Shown here: positions 7,847-15,940 of the stretch, one piece after another
Position numbering within the stretch: the first letter of the stretch is position 1
Layout of the letters: every line of letters begins with the position of its first letter
NCBI GenBank assembly: GCA_048941285.1
Contig: JBHLNS010000046.1
Location: forward strand, 1-24,643
From: Promethearchaeota archaeon
GTDB lineage: Archaea > Asgardarchaeota > Lokiarchaeia > Sigyniarchaeales > SOKP01
Length of the DNA stretch: 24,643 bases
Direction of reading: 5' to 3'
Made by a program: the position numbers and the translations under genes
Notes under the pieces: generated by a model
Seen by the model: the letters and a program-made list of their open reading frames with translations, nothing else
What the model was told of the DNA's origin: nothing
Databases searched by the model: none

Positions 7847-9958
7847 ATGTCAGAAAATCTGGTTATTATTGATCTTACTGAAAACGAGAAAATAATTATT
7901 GATGGATCTCAAAATATAAAAGAACTTACTGGGAATGGCATGCTTAAAGTAAAAAATCCAACACAAAGAAGTCGATTGTGGAATCTAACATGTAATATTA
8001 AAGAAAATGTAAATACTTCTCTCGTCTCAAAAGAATTAACCATTGGAACATTAAATCCTACTCAAGAATTTATTAAAGACTATGAAATAAAAGAACTAAA
8101 AGATTCATCTTTGAAGTTTGAAGAAATTTTTGACACAGATAAATCAGACTCCAGCAAAATAAATAATACATTTCTATATAAAACAGATAATAAATGTAGT
8201 TTAAAACTTATCTTAACTAATCCATTAAACCTACCAATATTAGACATAAAGGTAAAAAGACAATTGCCCACATTTATTCAAGAAATCGAAATGAGGAAAC
8301 CTAATATTGGTGAGGCTAATTTAAAAGAAGAAAATGGGAATCGAATCCTTGCTTGGGAATTAACATCTTTAGAGGCGGGAAATAAAGCTGAACTTGAGAT
8401 CTTCTTTAGTGTGAATATGAAAGAATTATCTGCTCAAGAACTTGGAGCCTTGAAAATTAATTATTTAATTAATAATTATAAGTTAACTATGATAAATCCA
8501 GAAATAAGAGGGTTAACAGATTCGATGAGTGGAATTGACAGAGATGAGAGTTCTCAACCTGGTATGTGGGAATGTAATGTTGAATTTATTAATGAGTCTG
8601 GATTCCAAGTAAAACTCGAAGATGTAAAGGTAAATCAAAAGATTGCTACAGGAAGTGAAATTGTTGTATCTCAAACACCAGACAAAGTGTTGAATCCTGA
8701 TGAATCTTGGGATTATGATTTTCAGGTTGAAGCGAAAGATATCCCTGAATTAAGCTCAGAAATTGGTTTTACGCCTATGTATGTGGTAATTCCTAGGGTT
8801 TTTGGTGAAATTGTGAAAGAATCCACAATATATAATGTTTTAAGTGCAACTATTGATAAAGAAATAAAACCTCCAGAAGTGGATGCTTATGCTAATACTA
8901 ATATGGTTATTGAAAATATTATTGTAAATAATGGATCCGCACCAATTGAAAAATTTTTCTTATCAGATGAGCTTCCTCCTGATTTTGTTTCACCCTTAGT
9001 TAAAGATATTAAAATCCTGTTAGCTGATATAGATATAAGTTCAAGAGAAGAATACGTCCAAAAAATACTAATTGATCCAAGTGATCAAGATTTTTCTAAA
9101 AAACATCAAATTTATGTTGAATTACATAATCTTACAAATGAGCTTCTACCAGAAAAAAAGATGATAATCTCATATCCTCTAATAGCAAGAAATCCACGAC
9201 CACCTACCGAAACAAAATATATGACACCAGTAAAAATTGAGATTAATTGCCCAGTAGAGGGAAAATTTTTTATTAAAACTCCTGGAGAAGAACCAGAATT
9301 AAAAGTTAGATATGTTAAACGTAAATTAAAAACACTTAAAAGTATTAAACCGGGTCTTACTGAAGGGGAATTTAGCATTGGTGTAAGAGTTCAAAATAAA
9401 GGGGATGTTGAATTAGAAAATGTATTAGTTAAGGATATCATTCCTACGGGTTTTAGTCTAACTGAGTTTACACCTCCCATTGGTGCTACTCATGAACTAG
9501 TACAAGTAGGAGATTTATCAGAATTGCATGTAAAGGTTGGGGAGATAAGTGGGGGTGCTTCTGTTAATATTAATTACAATTGTTCCGGATCGGGTGATTA
9601 TCCTCGATCAGAACCAGTTGTAGTTGTCTTGGGTAGATCTGGTGGAGAGCCATCAAGCTCTTTGATAACATCTCAAGCGAGCATAGAAACACCAAAAGCT
9701 CATGTCGCAGACTCTCAAACTGGAAAAATTCATGATTTGTTTATTGAATTATTTAAAGCTATAGATCGTGCTCCAACTGCTCAAGCTCTTGGTGATATTT
9801 TAGAAAGGAAAAGAGATCAGCTACCACCAGGGCCAATTCTCCATCAAATCCTAGCCTATTCTAAGGAGTTGAAGGCTCTTGGTGATAAAATTATTGTTGG
9901 GTCGTTATATGATGAAGTAATGAATAAATTAAAAGATTTTAAAAATAAATACTATTAA
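7847..9958 (+). CDS. Cytoplasmic multi-beta-sandwich protein: mu-homology-like N-terminus, Ig/DUF11-like domains, linker, helical C-terminus
   Basis: Long ORF with no signal peptide or TM segment. Repeated Ig-type pattern (IVNNGSAPIEKFFLSDELPPDF; VQNKGDVELENVLVKDIIPTGF), Ser/Gly linker near aa 600-630, helical tail. The start is ATG 7847 or 7832. The CDS is certain; the domain call is tentative. Confidence 0.6.
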   Translation: MSENLVIIDLTENEKIIIDGSQNIKELTGNGMLKVKNPTQRSRLWNLTCNIKENVNTSLVSKELTIGTLNPTQEFIKDYEIKELKDSSLKFEEIFDTDKSDSSKINNTFLYKTDNKCSLKLILTNPLNLPILDIKVKRQLPTFIQEIEMRKPNIGEANLKEENGNRILAWELTSLEAGNKAELEIFFSVNMKELSAQELGALKINYLINNYKLTMINPEIRGLTDSMSGIDRDESSQPGMWECNVEFINESGFQVKLEDVKVNQKIATGSEIVVSQTPDKVLNPDESWDYDFQVEAKDIPELSSEIGFTPMYVVIPRVFGEIVKESTIYNVLSATIDKEIKPPEVDAYANTNMVIENIIVNNGSAPIEKFFLSDELPPDFVSPLVKDIKILLADIDISSREEYVQKILIDPSDQDFSKKHQIYVELHNLTNELLPEKKMIISYPLIARNPRPPTETKYMTPVKIEINCPVEGKFFIKTPGEEPELKVRYVKRKLKTLKSIKPGLTEGEFSIGVRVQNKGDVELENVLVKDIIPTGFSLTEFTPPIGATHELVQVGDLSELHVKVGEISGGASVNINYNCSGSGDYPRSEPVVVVLGRSGGEPSSSLITSQASIETPKAHVADSQTGKIHDLFIELFKAIDRAPTAQALGDILERKRDQLPPGPILHQILAYSKELKALGDKIIVGSLYDEVMNKLKDFKNKYY

Positions 9959-9994
9959 TTTCTTTAATTTCAATTTAAAAGATTTATTTATTTA

Positions 9995-10005
9995 TTTTTT
10001 TTTTT
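9995..10005 (+). terminator. Oligo-T archaeal terminator candidate
   Basis: T11 run ~37 nt after the 9958 stop, in a convergent intergenic gap. Confidence 0.45.
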
Positions 10006-10053
10006 GAACTTCTTTTCATTAAAAACCAAAGAAATATCAAAAATAAATAGGCG

Positions 10054-10410
10054 TTATAAATAGATATTTAACTTATCAATGTCTTCTTGAATTCGAGACA
10101 TCCGCTTTGTTTTTCCTTGCTCTTCATCAAATCCTTGGATATCTTCATCTAAATTCAATTGTTCTTCTTCATATACTTTTTCCACTTCCATTCCGTACCT
10201 CATAGCATATGCTACTAATTCAGGAATTAGAGAAACCATAGCTCTAAAGCTAAAAATTCCCGCCAATACTGATAATCTATTTATCATTTCACCAAAAGGA
10301 TCAAGATCCATTTTAGGATTTTTCATAATTTCCATTATCCTTTTAAATAACACTTCGTAAAATAATTCCCGCTCTTCTTTACTTAAATTTTCTTCTTCTT
10401 CTGCCATCAA
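10054..10410 (-). CDS. Small acidic helical hypothetical protein ending in an HbYX-like tail (-NIYL)
   Basis: 118-aa ORF with an amphipathic helical core and an acidic low-complexity tail. The start may be ATG at 10407. Confidence 0.7.
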   Translation of the reverse strand: MMAEEEENLSKEERELFYEVLFKRIMEIMKNPKMDLDPFGEMINRLSVLAGIFSFRAMVSLIPELVAYAMRYGMEVEKVYEEEQLNLDEDIQGFDEEQGKTKRMSRIQEDIDKLNIYL

Positions 10411-10566
10411 TAATACCTTGAATTTTAAATTACATTTTTAATCTAGTATCAAACTTGATTTATTAAATTTAGAAATATAATATAAAAAACTTTTCAATAT
10501 TCTTTTAATTAAAAAATATAGAATCGATATTGATTAAAACTAATTTAAACTTCTATTAATAATATT

Positions 10567-11199
10567 ATGCTCTTAGTAACAATTTTATTCGTATTCGTTT
10601 TCTCTTTTAACCTAGCATTGTATTGGGTTCTTTTTCTGAGAAATATAGATGAAGGAAAAAAACTCGTTTATTATAAAATATTTCCTATGTTTTGTACACT
10701 ATCTTTAATACCAATCCCATTTATTAACTCAAGTTTCTTAAGAATATTTTTTCCAAATAATTATAGTTATTTTAAAGATTTATGGATTTTTTTTGTATTA
10801 TTTGGAATCGCACTCATCATTTTAGGAATAATATTTATAAAAAGAGCAAATAAGGTGTATAAGGTTGAGTTGATGGATGAGAATAGTCCTGATCTAATTA
10901 CTAGAGGAATTTTTAAATTAATAAGGCATCCTATTCATTCATCATGGGGGCTTATATTCCTTGGAATTGCAATTATTTCAGATTCACTTGTTTCTTTAAT
11001 AATTAGCCCTTTAATTTTAATCTTGTTAGAGATAAATGCAATAATAGCAGAAAAATTAATCCTAATTCCTAAATATGGCAAATTTTATGAAAACTACAAA
11101 GAAAAAACCCCAAATAGAATAATTCCAACTCCCCTAAACCTTCTTTTAATAATCATGGCTGTTATAATAGTTTATGTAGGTTTTCTTAATTTTAATTAA
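10567..11199 (+). CDS. ICMT/PEMT-family integral membrane methyltransferase-like protein
   Basis: About 5-6 hydrophobic segments; LITRGIFKLIRHP motif and C-terminal KYGKFYENYKEKTPNRIIP. Confidence 0.8.
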   Translation: MLLVTILFVFVFSFNLALYWVLFLRNIDEGKKLVYYKIFPMFCTLSLIPIPFINSSFLRIFFPNNYSYFKDLWIFFVLFGIALIILGIIFIKRANKVYKVELMDENSPDLITRGIFKLIRHPIHSSWGLIFLGIAIISDSLVSLIISPLILILLEINAIIAEKLILIPKYGKFYENYKEKTPNRIIPTPLNLLLIIMAVIIVYVGFLNFN

Positions 11200-11315
11200 T
11201 ACTTTTTACTTTGAATGAATATTTCATAACCTATAAAATAAAAAAGGAAATACTCTATACATTAAATTGAATTAATAATAAAAGTTAAGCTTAAAATTTA
11301 GTGTAAAATAATTTT

Positions 11316-11322
11316 AGGAGGT
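11316..11322 (+). promoter_or_regulatory. Shine-Dalgarno AGGAGGT of pfpI
   Basis: AGGAGGT lies 6 nt before the ATG at 11329. Confidence 0.7.
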
Positions 11323-11328
11323 AAAAAA

Positions 11329-11841
11329 ATGGCAAAAAAAATTGCGTTTCTTGCTACTGATGGATATGAAGATTTAGAACTACATTATCCACGAATTCGT
11401 TTAATTGAGGCAGGATATGAAACAGAATTATTGAGTTTACATAGAAGAGAAATAAAAGGAAAACATGGTTATCCTATTAAACCTGATAAATTGATAAGAG
11501 AAGCAAATCCTAATGATTATGATGGTGTTATTATTCCTGGGGGTACAATAAATCCTGATCATTTAAGGAGAGATAAGGATATTATTAATTTTGTTAATAA
11601 AATCAATGATGATGGAAAATTAGTTGGTGCTATTTGCCATGCAGGCTGGGTTCTAATATCAGCAAAGATCATTAATGGGCGAAAAGCAACGAGTTATTTT
11701 GCGATTAAGGATGACATGATAAATGCTGGGGCATTATTTGAAGATGCATCTGTAGTAATTGATAATAATCTGATTACTTCACGTTCTCCTGATGATCTAT
11801 CTGATTTTATGCGATCAGTTTTAAAGTTTCTCGAACGCTAA
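11329..11841 (+). CDS. pfpI: PfpI/DJ-1-family intracellular protease/deglycase
   Basis: GYEDLELHYP, YDGVIIPGG, nucleophile elbow AICHAGW, LITSRSPDDL. Confidence 0.93.
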   Translation: MAKKIAFLATDGYEDLELHYPRIRLIEAGYETELLSLHRREIKGKHGYPIKPDKLIREANPNDYDGVIIPGGTINPDHLRRDKDIINFVNKINDDGKLVGAICHAGWVLISAKIINGRKATSYFAIKDDMINAGALFEDASVVIDNNLITSRSPDDLSDFMRSVLKFLER

Positions 11842-11879
11842 CAAAAAATTGGTTTAATAAGGAAATAAAAGATTTTTAT

Positions 11880-13103
11880 TTAATACAAAGTTTTAATCTG
11901 GGCTATATCTTCTTTAAGGATTTCTATGAAAATGTTTATTTGGTCTATTTGTTTATTAATTATTTCTATTTTTTTATCTATAATTTCTGAATCTGAAACG
12001 TTACTGTTTATTAGTTCTTTTCTAACAATAGAATAGGATCTTATTTGATTTAAGATATTTTGCATTCTTTTTATTTTAATTTGGAACAATTTCTTGTATT
12101 TTTTCAGATCTTCGAGTTTTATCTCAATACCCTCAATATAATTAAAACATTTGTCAATATTTTCTTCTTTTCTTAAATTCTTAAGAATTAATTCTATACT
12201 CATTAAAGTTTTTAATACAAACTCTTGTTGTTGTTTATCGATAGCTTCAATTTTAAAAGATGGTTCTGTATTTATTTCATCGAGTATATCTGAGGCATAT
12301 TTTATGCTAACTCTATTTGAAATATTTGGTAAAACTTCATGGTTTCTATTTACGTCTTCTAAACTTTCAGATTCATTAAAATCAGTTAATAGCTCTAATT
12401 CATCCAATTCTACCTTCGTAATTAACGGTGAAAATTTGACTTGCAATTTTTTCATACCGTAATATTCATTTTTTTGTCTTAAAATTTGAGTATAAATTTG
12501 GATAAAATCTTGTCCAATAGGAGCAAATAAGACCCCTCCATTCTCATCAAGTTGATTTAATAGAGGATGAATTTTGGATTGCTCAATAGCTCCAGTTACT
12601 AAAATTTTTTGCCAGGGACTTAATTCTGGCATTCCTAGAAGAGGATTCTTAACAACAATGGATATATTATCGTCTAACTTAAGGTTCTTGAGATTATTAG
12701 AAGTAAGTTTAGCAATTTCAGAATTAGCCTCAAGAATGATTATTTCTCCTTTAGGTGCCAATTTATGCGCTAGCGCTGCGATGTACCCGCTTTTCGCACC
12801 TAATATTAATAAATCGTCGTCATCAGTTAAAGAAAGACCTTGAAGCATAATTGATATCATATGTGGTGCAGAAATAGTTCTATAATTATTAGGATTTTGC
12901 TCATCATAATAAAATAGGTTTGGTACATCTTCATAAAGTTTGACAATGCTGAAAAATTTATCAGGAATAAACTTTTCTAAAGGAACCTCCATAAAAGCCT
13001 TAACTAAGCGTTTATCTTTTAAAATATCATTCAAAACTAATGAATCTACAAGACGTTTCTTTTTTAATCTTAATTTTTCATTAAGTCTTTCGTTTCTGTC
13101 CAA
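11880..13103 (-). CDS. Protein-L-isoaspartate O-methyltransferase (PIMT/Pcm)-like domain fused to a ~175-aa acidic/helical extension
   Basis: AFMEVPLEKFIP, TISAPHMISIML, GAKSGYIAAL, LLNQLDENGGVLFAPIG, VKFSPL. The SAM motifs are degenerate. TTG start. Confidence 0.82.
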   Translation of the reverse strand: MDRNERLNEKLRLKKKRLVDSLVLNDILKDKRLVKAFMEVPLEKFIPDKFFSIVKLYEDVPNLFYYDEQNPNNYRTISAPHMISIMLQGLSLTDDDDLLILGAKSGYIAALAHKLAPKGEIIILEANSEIAKLTSNNLKNLKLDDNISIVVKNPLLGMPELSPWQKILVTGAIEQSKIHPLLNQLDENGGVLFAPIGQDFIQIYTQILRQKNEYYGMKKLQVKFSPLITKVELDELELLTDFNESESLEDVNRNHEVLPNISNRVSIKYASDILDEINTEPSFKIEAIDKQQQEFVLKTLMSIELILKNLRKEENIDKCFNYIEGIEIKLEDLKKYKKLFQIKIKRMQNILNQIRSYSIVRKELINSNVSDSEIIDKKIEIINKQIDQINIFIEILKEDIAQIKTLY

Positions 13104-13200
13104 AATATTATCAACTTTTTATGCTAAAAAAATAAAAAAAATATTACTTATTATACTTTGTTATAATTTTTTTTAAATGTTTAAATAGGTCCCGTTGCAC

Positions 13201-13785
13201 ATGATGGTCTTAGATGTTGAGAATTTAAAAGATGCAAAAATTACATTAACTCTAATTTTCATTAATATTTTTCTTTTTATATTCACCTATTTTGCTCCTC
13301 CTGAAGTATTTCTAACTCTTGTGCAAGATAACAAAAGGGTCTTTGAAAATTTTGAAGTCTGGAGATTGTTCACATCAATTTTTATACATGCAGATCCCAT
13401 GCACCTTTTTTCTAATATGATTGCTTTGCTCCTTTTTGGCGCTACTGTTGAAACAAATTCATATATTACCCGGCTACAATATTTAGTTATATATTTTATC
13501 TCAGGTTTAATTGGAAATGTTTTCTCGTTATTATTGATACCAATAAATATAATTAGCTTAGGTGCATCAGGGGCTATTTTTGGATTAATAGGGGCGGCAT
13601 TTATAATTGTAGCAACTGATTATCGTCCTCTCTTATTTTTAGCTTTATTTTATGTTGGATTTTTCATTCTAACCTCTTTTTCACCAGGTATAAATTATTG
13701 GGCTCATATATTTGGTTTATTGGGAGGTATTTTATTTGGTTATCTTTTTTATATGCGTAAAAGAAAAATTCAATACAGATATTGA
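13201..13785 (+). CDS. Rhomboid-family intramembrane serine protease
   Basis: WRLFTSIFIH, HLFSNM, catalytic GASGAIFG and AHIFG, about 6 TM segments. The likely start is ATG 13201 or 13204. Confidence 0.94.
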   Translation: MMVLDVENLKDAKITLTLIFINIFLFIFTYFAPPEVFLTLVQDNKRVFENFEVWRLFTSIFIHADPMHLFSNMIALLLFGATVETNSYITRLQYLVIYFISGLIGNVFSLLLIPINIISLGASGAIFGLIGAAFIIVATDYRPLLFLALFYVGFFILTSFSPGINYWAHIFGLLGGILFGYLFYMRKRKIQYRY

Positions 13786-13821
13786 TTTTATCTTCAAAAA
13801 ATTGCAGCAATTCAATACAAT

Positions 13822-14475
13822 TCACTTCTTTTTATTAACTAACTCCATGCTAAAGTCTTTAGGGCAAATATCCCTAATTACACATATCTCACATTTAGGA
13901 CGAATTGGTAAACATATTTGTTGCCCAAACCTTACAAATAATCTATTAATTTTTAACCAGAGTTCCTTTGGAATGGTTCTCTTCAACGCGACTTCAGTTT
14001 TTATTGGATTTTTAGTTTTTACCCAATTCAATCTATTTGAAATTCTATGCACATGAGTATCAACAGGGATTGCGGGTACTTTAAAAGCGTAAACCAAAAC
14101 ACAATTTGCAGTTTTGCTTCCAACTCCTGGTAAATTAATTAAGGATTCATATTTATCTGGAACTAAACCGTCATATTTATTTATCAGAACATTTGAGACT
14201 TCTTTTATTCTAGCAGCTTTAACCCTATAAAAACCTGAAGATTTTATAAGATGTTCAATATCTTCAATATCCGCTTCTGCTATAGCTTTTGGCTCATTAT
14301 ATTTTTCAAATAATTTCTCAGTTGCTATTCGTGTATTTTCATCTCTAGTGCGTGCTGATAATATTGTAGAGACTAAAATTTTAAATGCATCTTGCTTCTT
14401 GTTAGCTAGTTCATCTAAATGGGCTTCTCCCTCCAGTTGAGTCTCTATCTTTTCTAAAATATCTTTATAACTCAT
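13822..14475 (-). CDS. nth: Endonuclease III (HhH-GPD DNA glycosylase with 4Fe-4S cluster)
   Basis: ILSARTRD, HhH LPGVGSKTA, PVDTHVHR, CLPIRPKCEICVIRDIC. Confidence 0.95.
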   Translation of the reverse strand: MSYKDILEKIETQLEGEAHLDELANKKQDAFKILVSTILSARTRDENTRIATEKLFEKYNEPKAIAEADIEDIEHLIKSSGFYRVKAARIKEVSNVLINKYDGLVPDKYESLINLPGVGSKTANCVLVYAFKVPAIPVDTHVHRISNRLNWVKTKNPIKTEVALKRTIPKELWLKINRLFVRFGQQICLPIRPKCEICVIRDICPKDFSMELVNKKK

Positions 14476-14476
14476 C

Positions 14477-15883
14477 TTATTTTTTTTCTAAAACATAAAT
14501 TTTTCTTTTTATTATTTGTCCTTTCTTGGTATCTATCAAATTTCTTACATATTCTTTGCGAAACCGAAGTTTCTGGTTAGTTTTTTTGGGAATCCTAAAT
14601 AGATCAATCATTGGTATAATTCTAAAGTTATTTTTATTTACAAGTTTTTCAACATTTACTTGTAAATCATTTCCATCTATAGTACTAATAATAGGAGAAA
14701 CAAATGTTATTCTAGAATTAGGTTTTAATATTTTACAAGCTTCTCTTAAAAACTCATCATATAAAGGAGTTAGTTCGTTATCTATTAATTCTTTAACCTG
14801 CGAATAATATGGTTTGTCTGTGTAAAAAGGTCCTAATTCTGGTTCAGTACATATACCATCAAAAAAGTTAAGATTGAAAGCACTTGATAAATTTCTCGAA
14901 TCATATTTTAAAATTCTTTGCTGAGTGAATGGAGGGATTTCTTCCTCCAATAATTCTAATAACCAATGAATATTACGAAGAGTGTTATTTACTTTCTTGT
15001 TGTCGATATCTGAGCCATAAAATTGAAAATCCTGCAAAATGGCGAATAATGCGATTGTTCCATTTCCAACAAATGGATCAATGATTTTGCTATTTTCTCT
15101 ATTCTGATATATGTTTAAGAAATTTAACAAGATTAATGCCAACTTAGGAGAAATTGCACTTTTAAATTCTTTAAAAGGCCGTTCTTCATCAATCTTCTTC
15201 TTAAAATTAGGATCATCTACAGTAAATGTTCTCGCAATGTATAAACCTTCTTCTGTGAAGCCAAAAATTATTTCTGCCCTATTTTCTTTAAGAAGTTCAT
15301 ATTTAATTACGTGATGCGGAAATATTGGATTCAAATTGCCTGATTTTATATATTTTTCAGGATATTGATAATACAATGTTTTTTCTGAGCCCTTTCTTTT
15401 GAGAATTTCCATTATCTCTTTATTCAAAAAAGGTAATAAATGTTTAACTAGAATTCTTGAGTAATATTCATCATCGTAAAGATTAGGATAAATTGATACG
15501 GCAAAAAACATACTCTCGTAAACTTTTGGAAATATTCCATTTTTTCCAATTAGAATATTGTCAATAACGTCCAAGATCTTTTTTCTTGCTTTCTCCACAT
15601 ATTTGTATTTATCAATTTCAACTGGAAAGGCATCTTGAATGGCATTAATGTCAATAAAATCATAAATTTGTGCGATTTTTTGACAACCCCCTAAAATAAA
15701 TTGAACTTCCATGAGCTTATTAATGTAATGTGGGTCTTGATGCAAATTATCAAATTCTACTATAGCCACGTTAGCAGAATAATCGATGATTTTTCCTTTA
15801 TTTGTAGAATATTTAAGATAATTATCTAACTCCGCAATTGAGAGTTGCCAATTAGACCCTAATACAAAAATAAATCTATCCAT
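14477..15883 (-). CDS. Trm11/Trm14-like (UPF0020) SAM-dependent RNA amino-methyltransferase
   Basis: ISPKLALILLN, IIDPFVGNGT, GSDID, DGICTEPELGP (variant of motif IV [D/N]PPY). The long N-terminus may contain a THUMP-like domain. Its stop is 1 nt from the nth start. Confidence 0.72.
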   Translation of the reverse strand: MDRFIFVLGSNWQLSIAELDNYLKYSTNKGKIIDYSANVAIVEFDNLHQDPHYINKLMEVQFILGGCQKIAQIYDFIDINAIQDAFPVEIDKYKYVEKARKKILDVIDNILIGKNGIFPKVYESMFFAVSIYPNLYDDEYYSRILVKHLLPFLNKEIMEILKRKGSEKTLYYQYPEKYIKSGNLNPIFPHHVIKYELLKENRAEIIFGFTEEGLYIARTFTVDDPNFKKKIDEERPFKEFKSAISPKLALILLNFLNIYQNRENSKIIDPFVGNGTIALFAILQDFQFYGSDIDNKKVNNTLRNIHWLLELLEEEIPPFTQQRILKYDSRNLSSAFNLNFFDGICTEPELGPFYTDKPYYSQVKELIDNELTPLYDEFLREACKILKPNSRITFVSPIISTIDGNDLQVNVEKLVNKNNFRIIPMIDLFRIPKKTNQKLRFRKEYVRNLIDTKKGQIIKRKIYVLEKK

Positions 15884-15940
15884 AATTAGAAGAAATACTA
15901 ATTAAATAGTTAAAGAAGAGATTAAATTTCTATTTTATTA

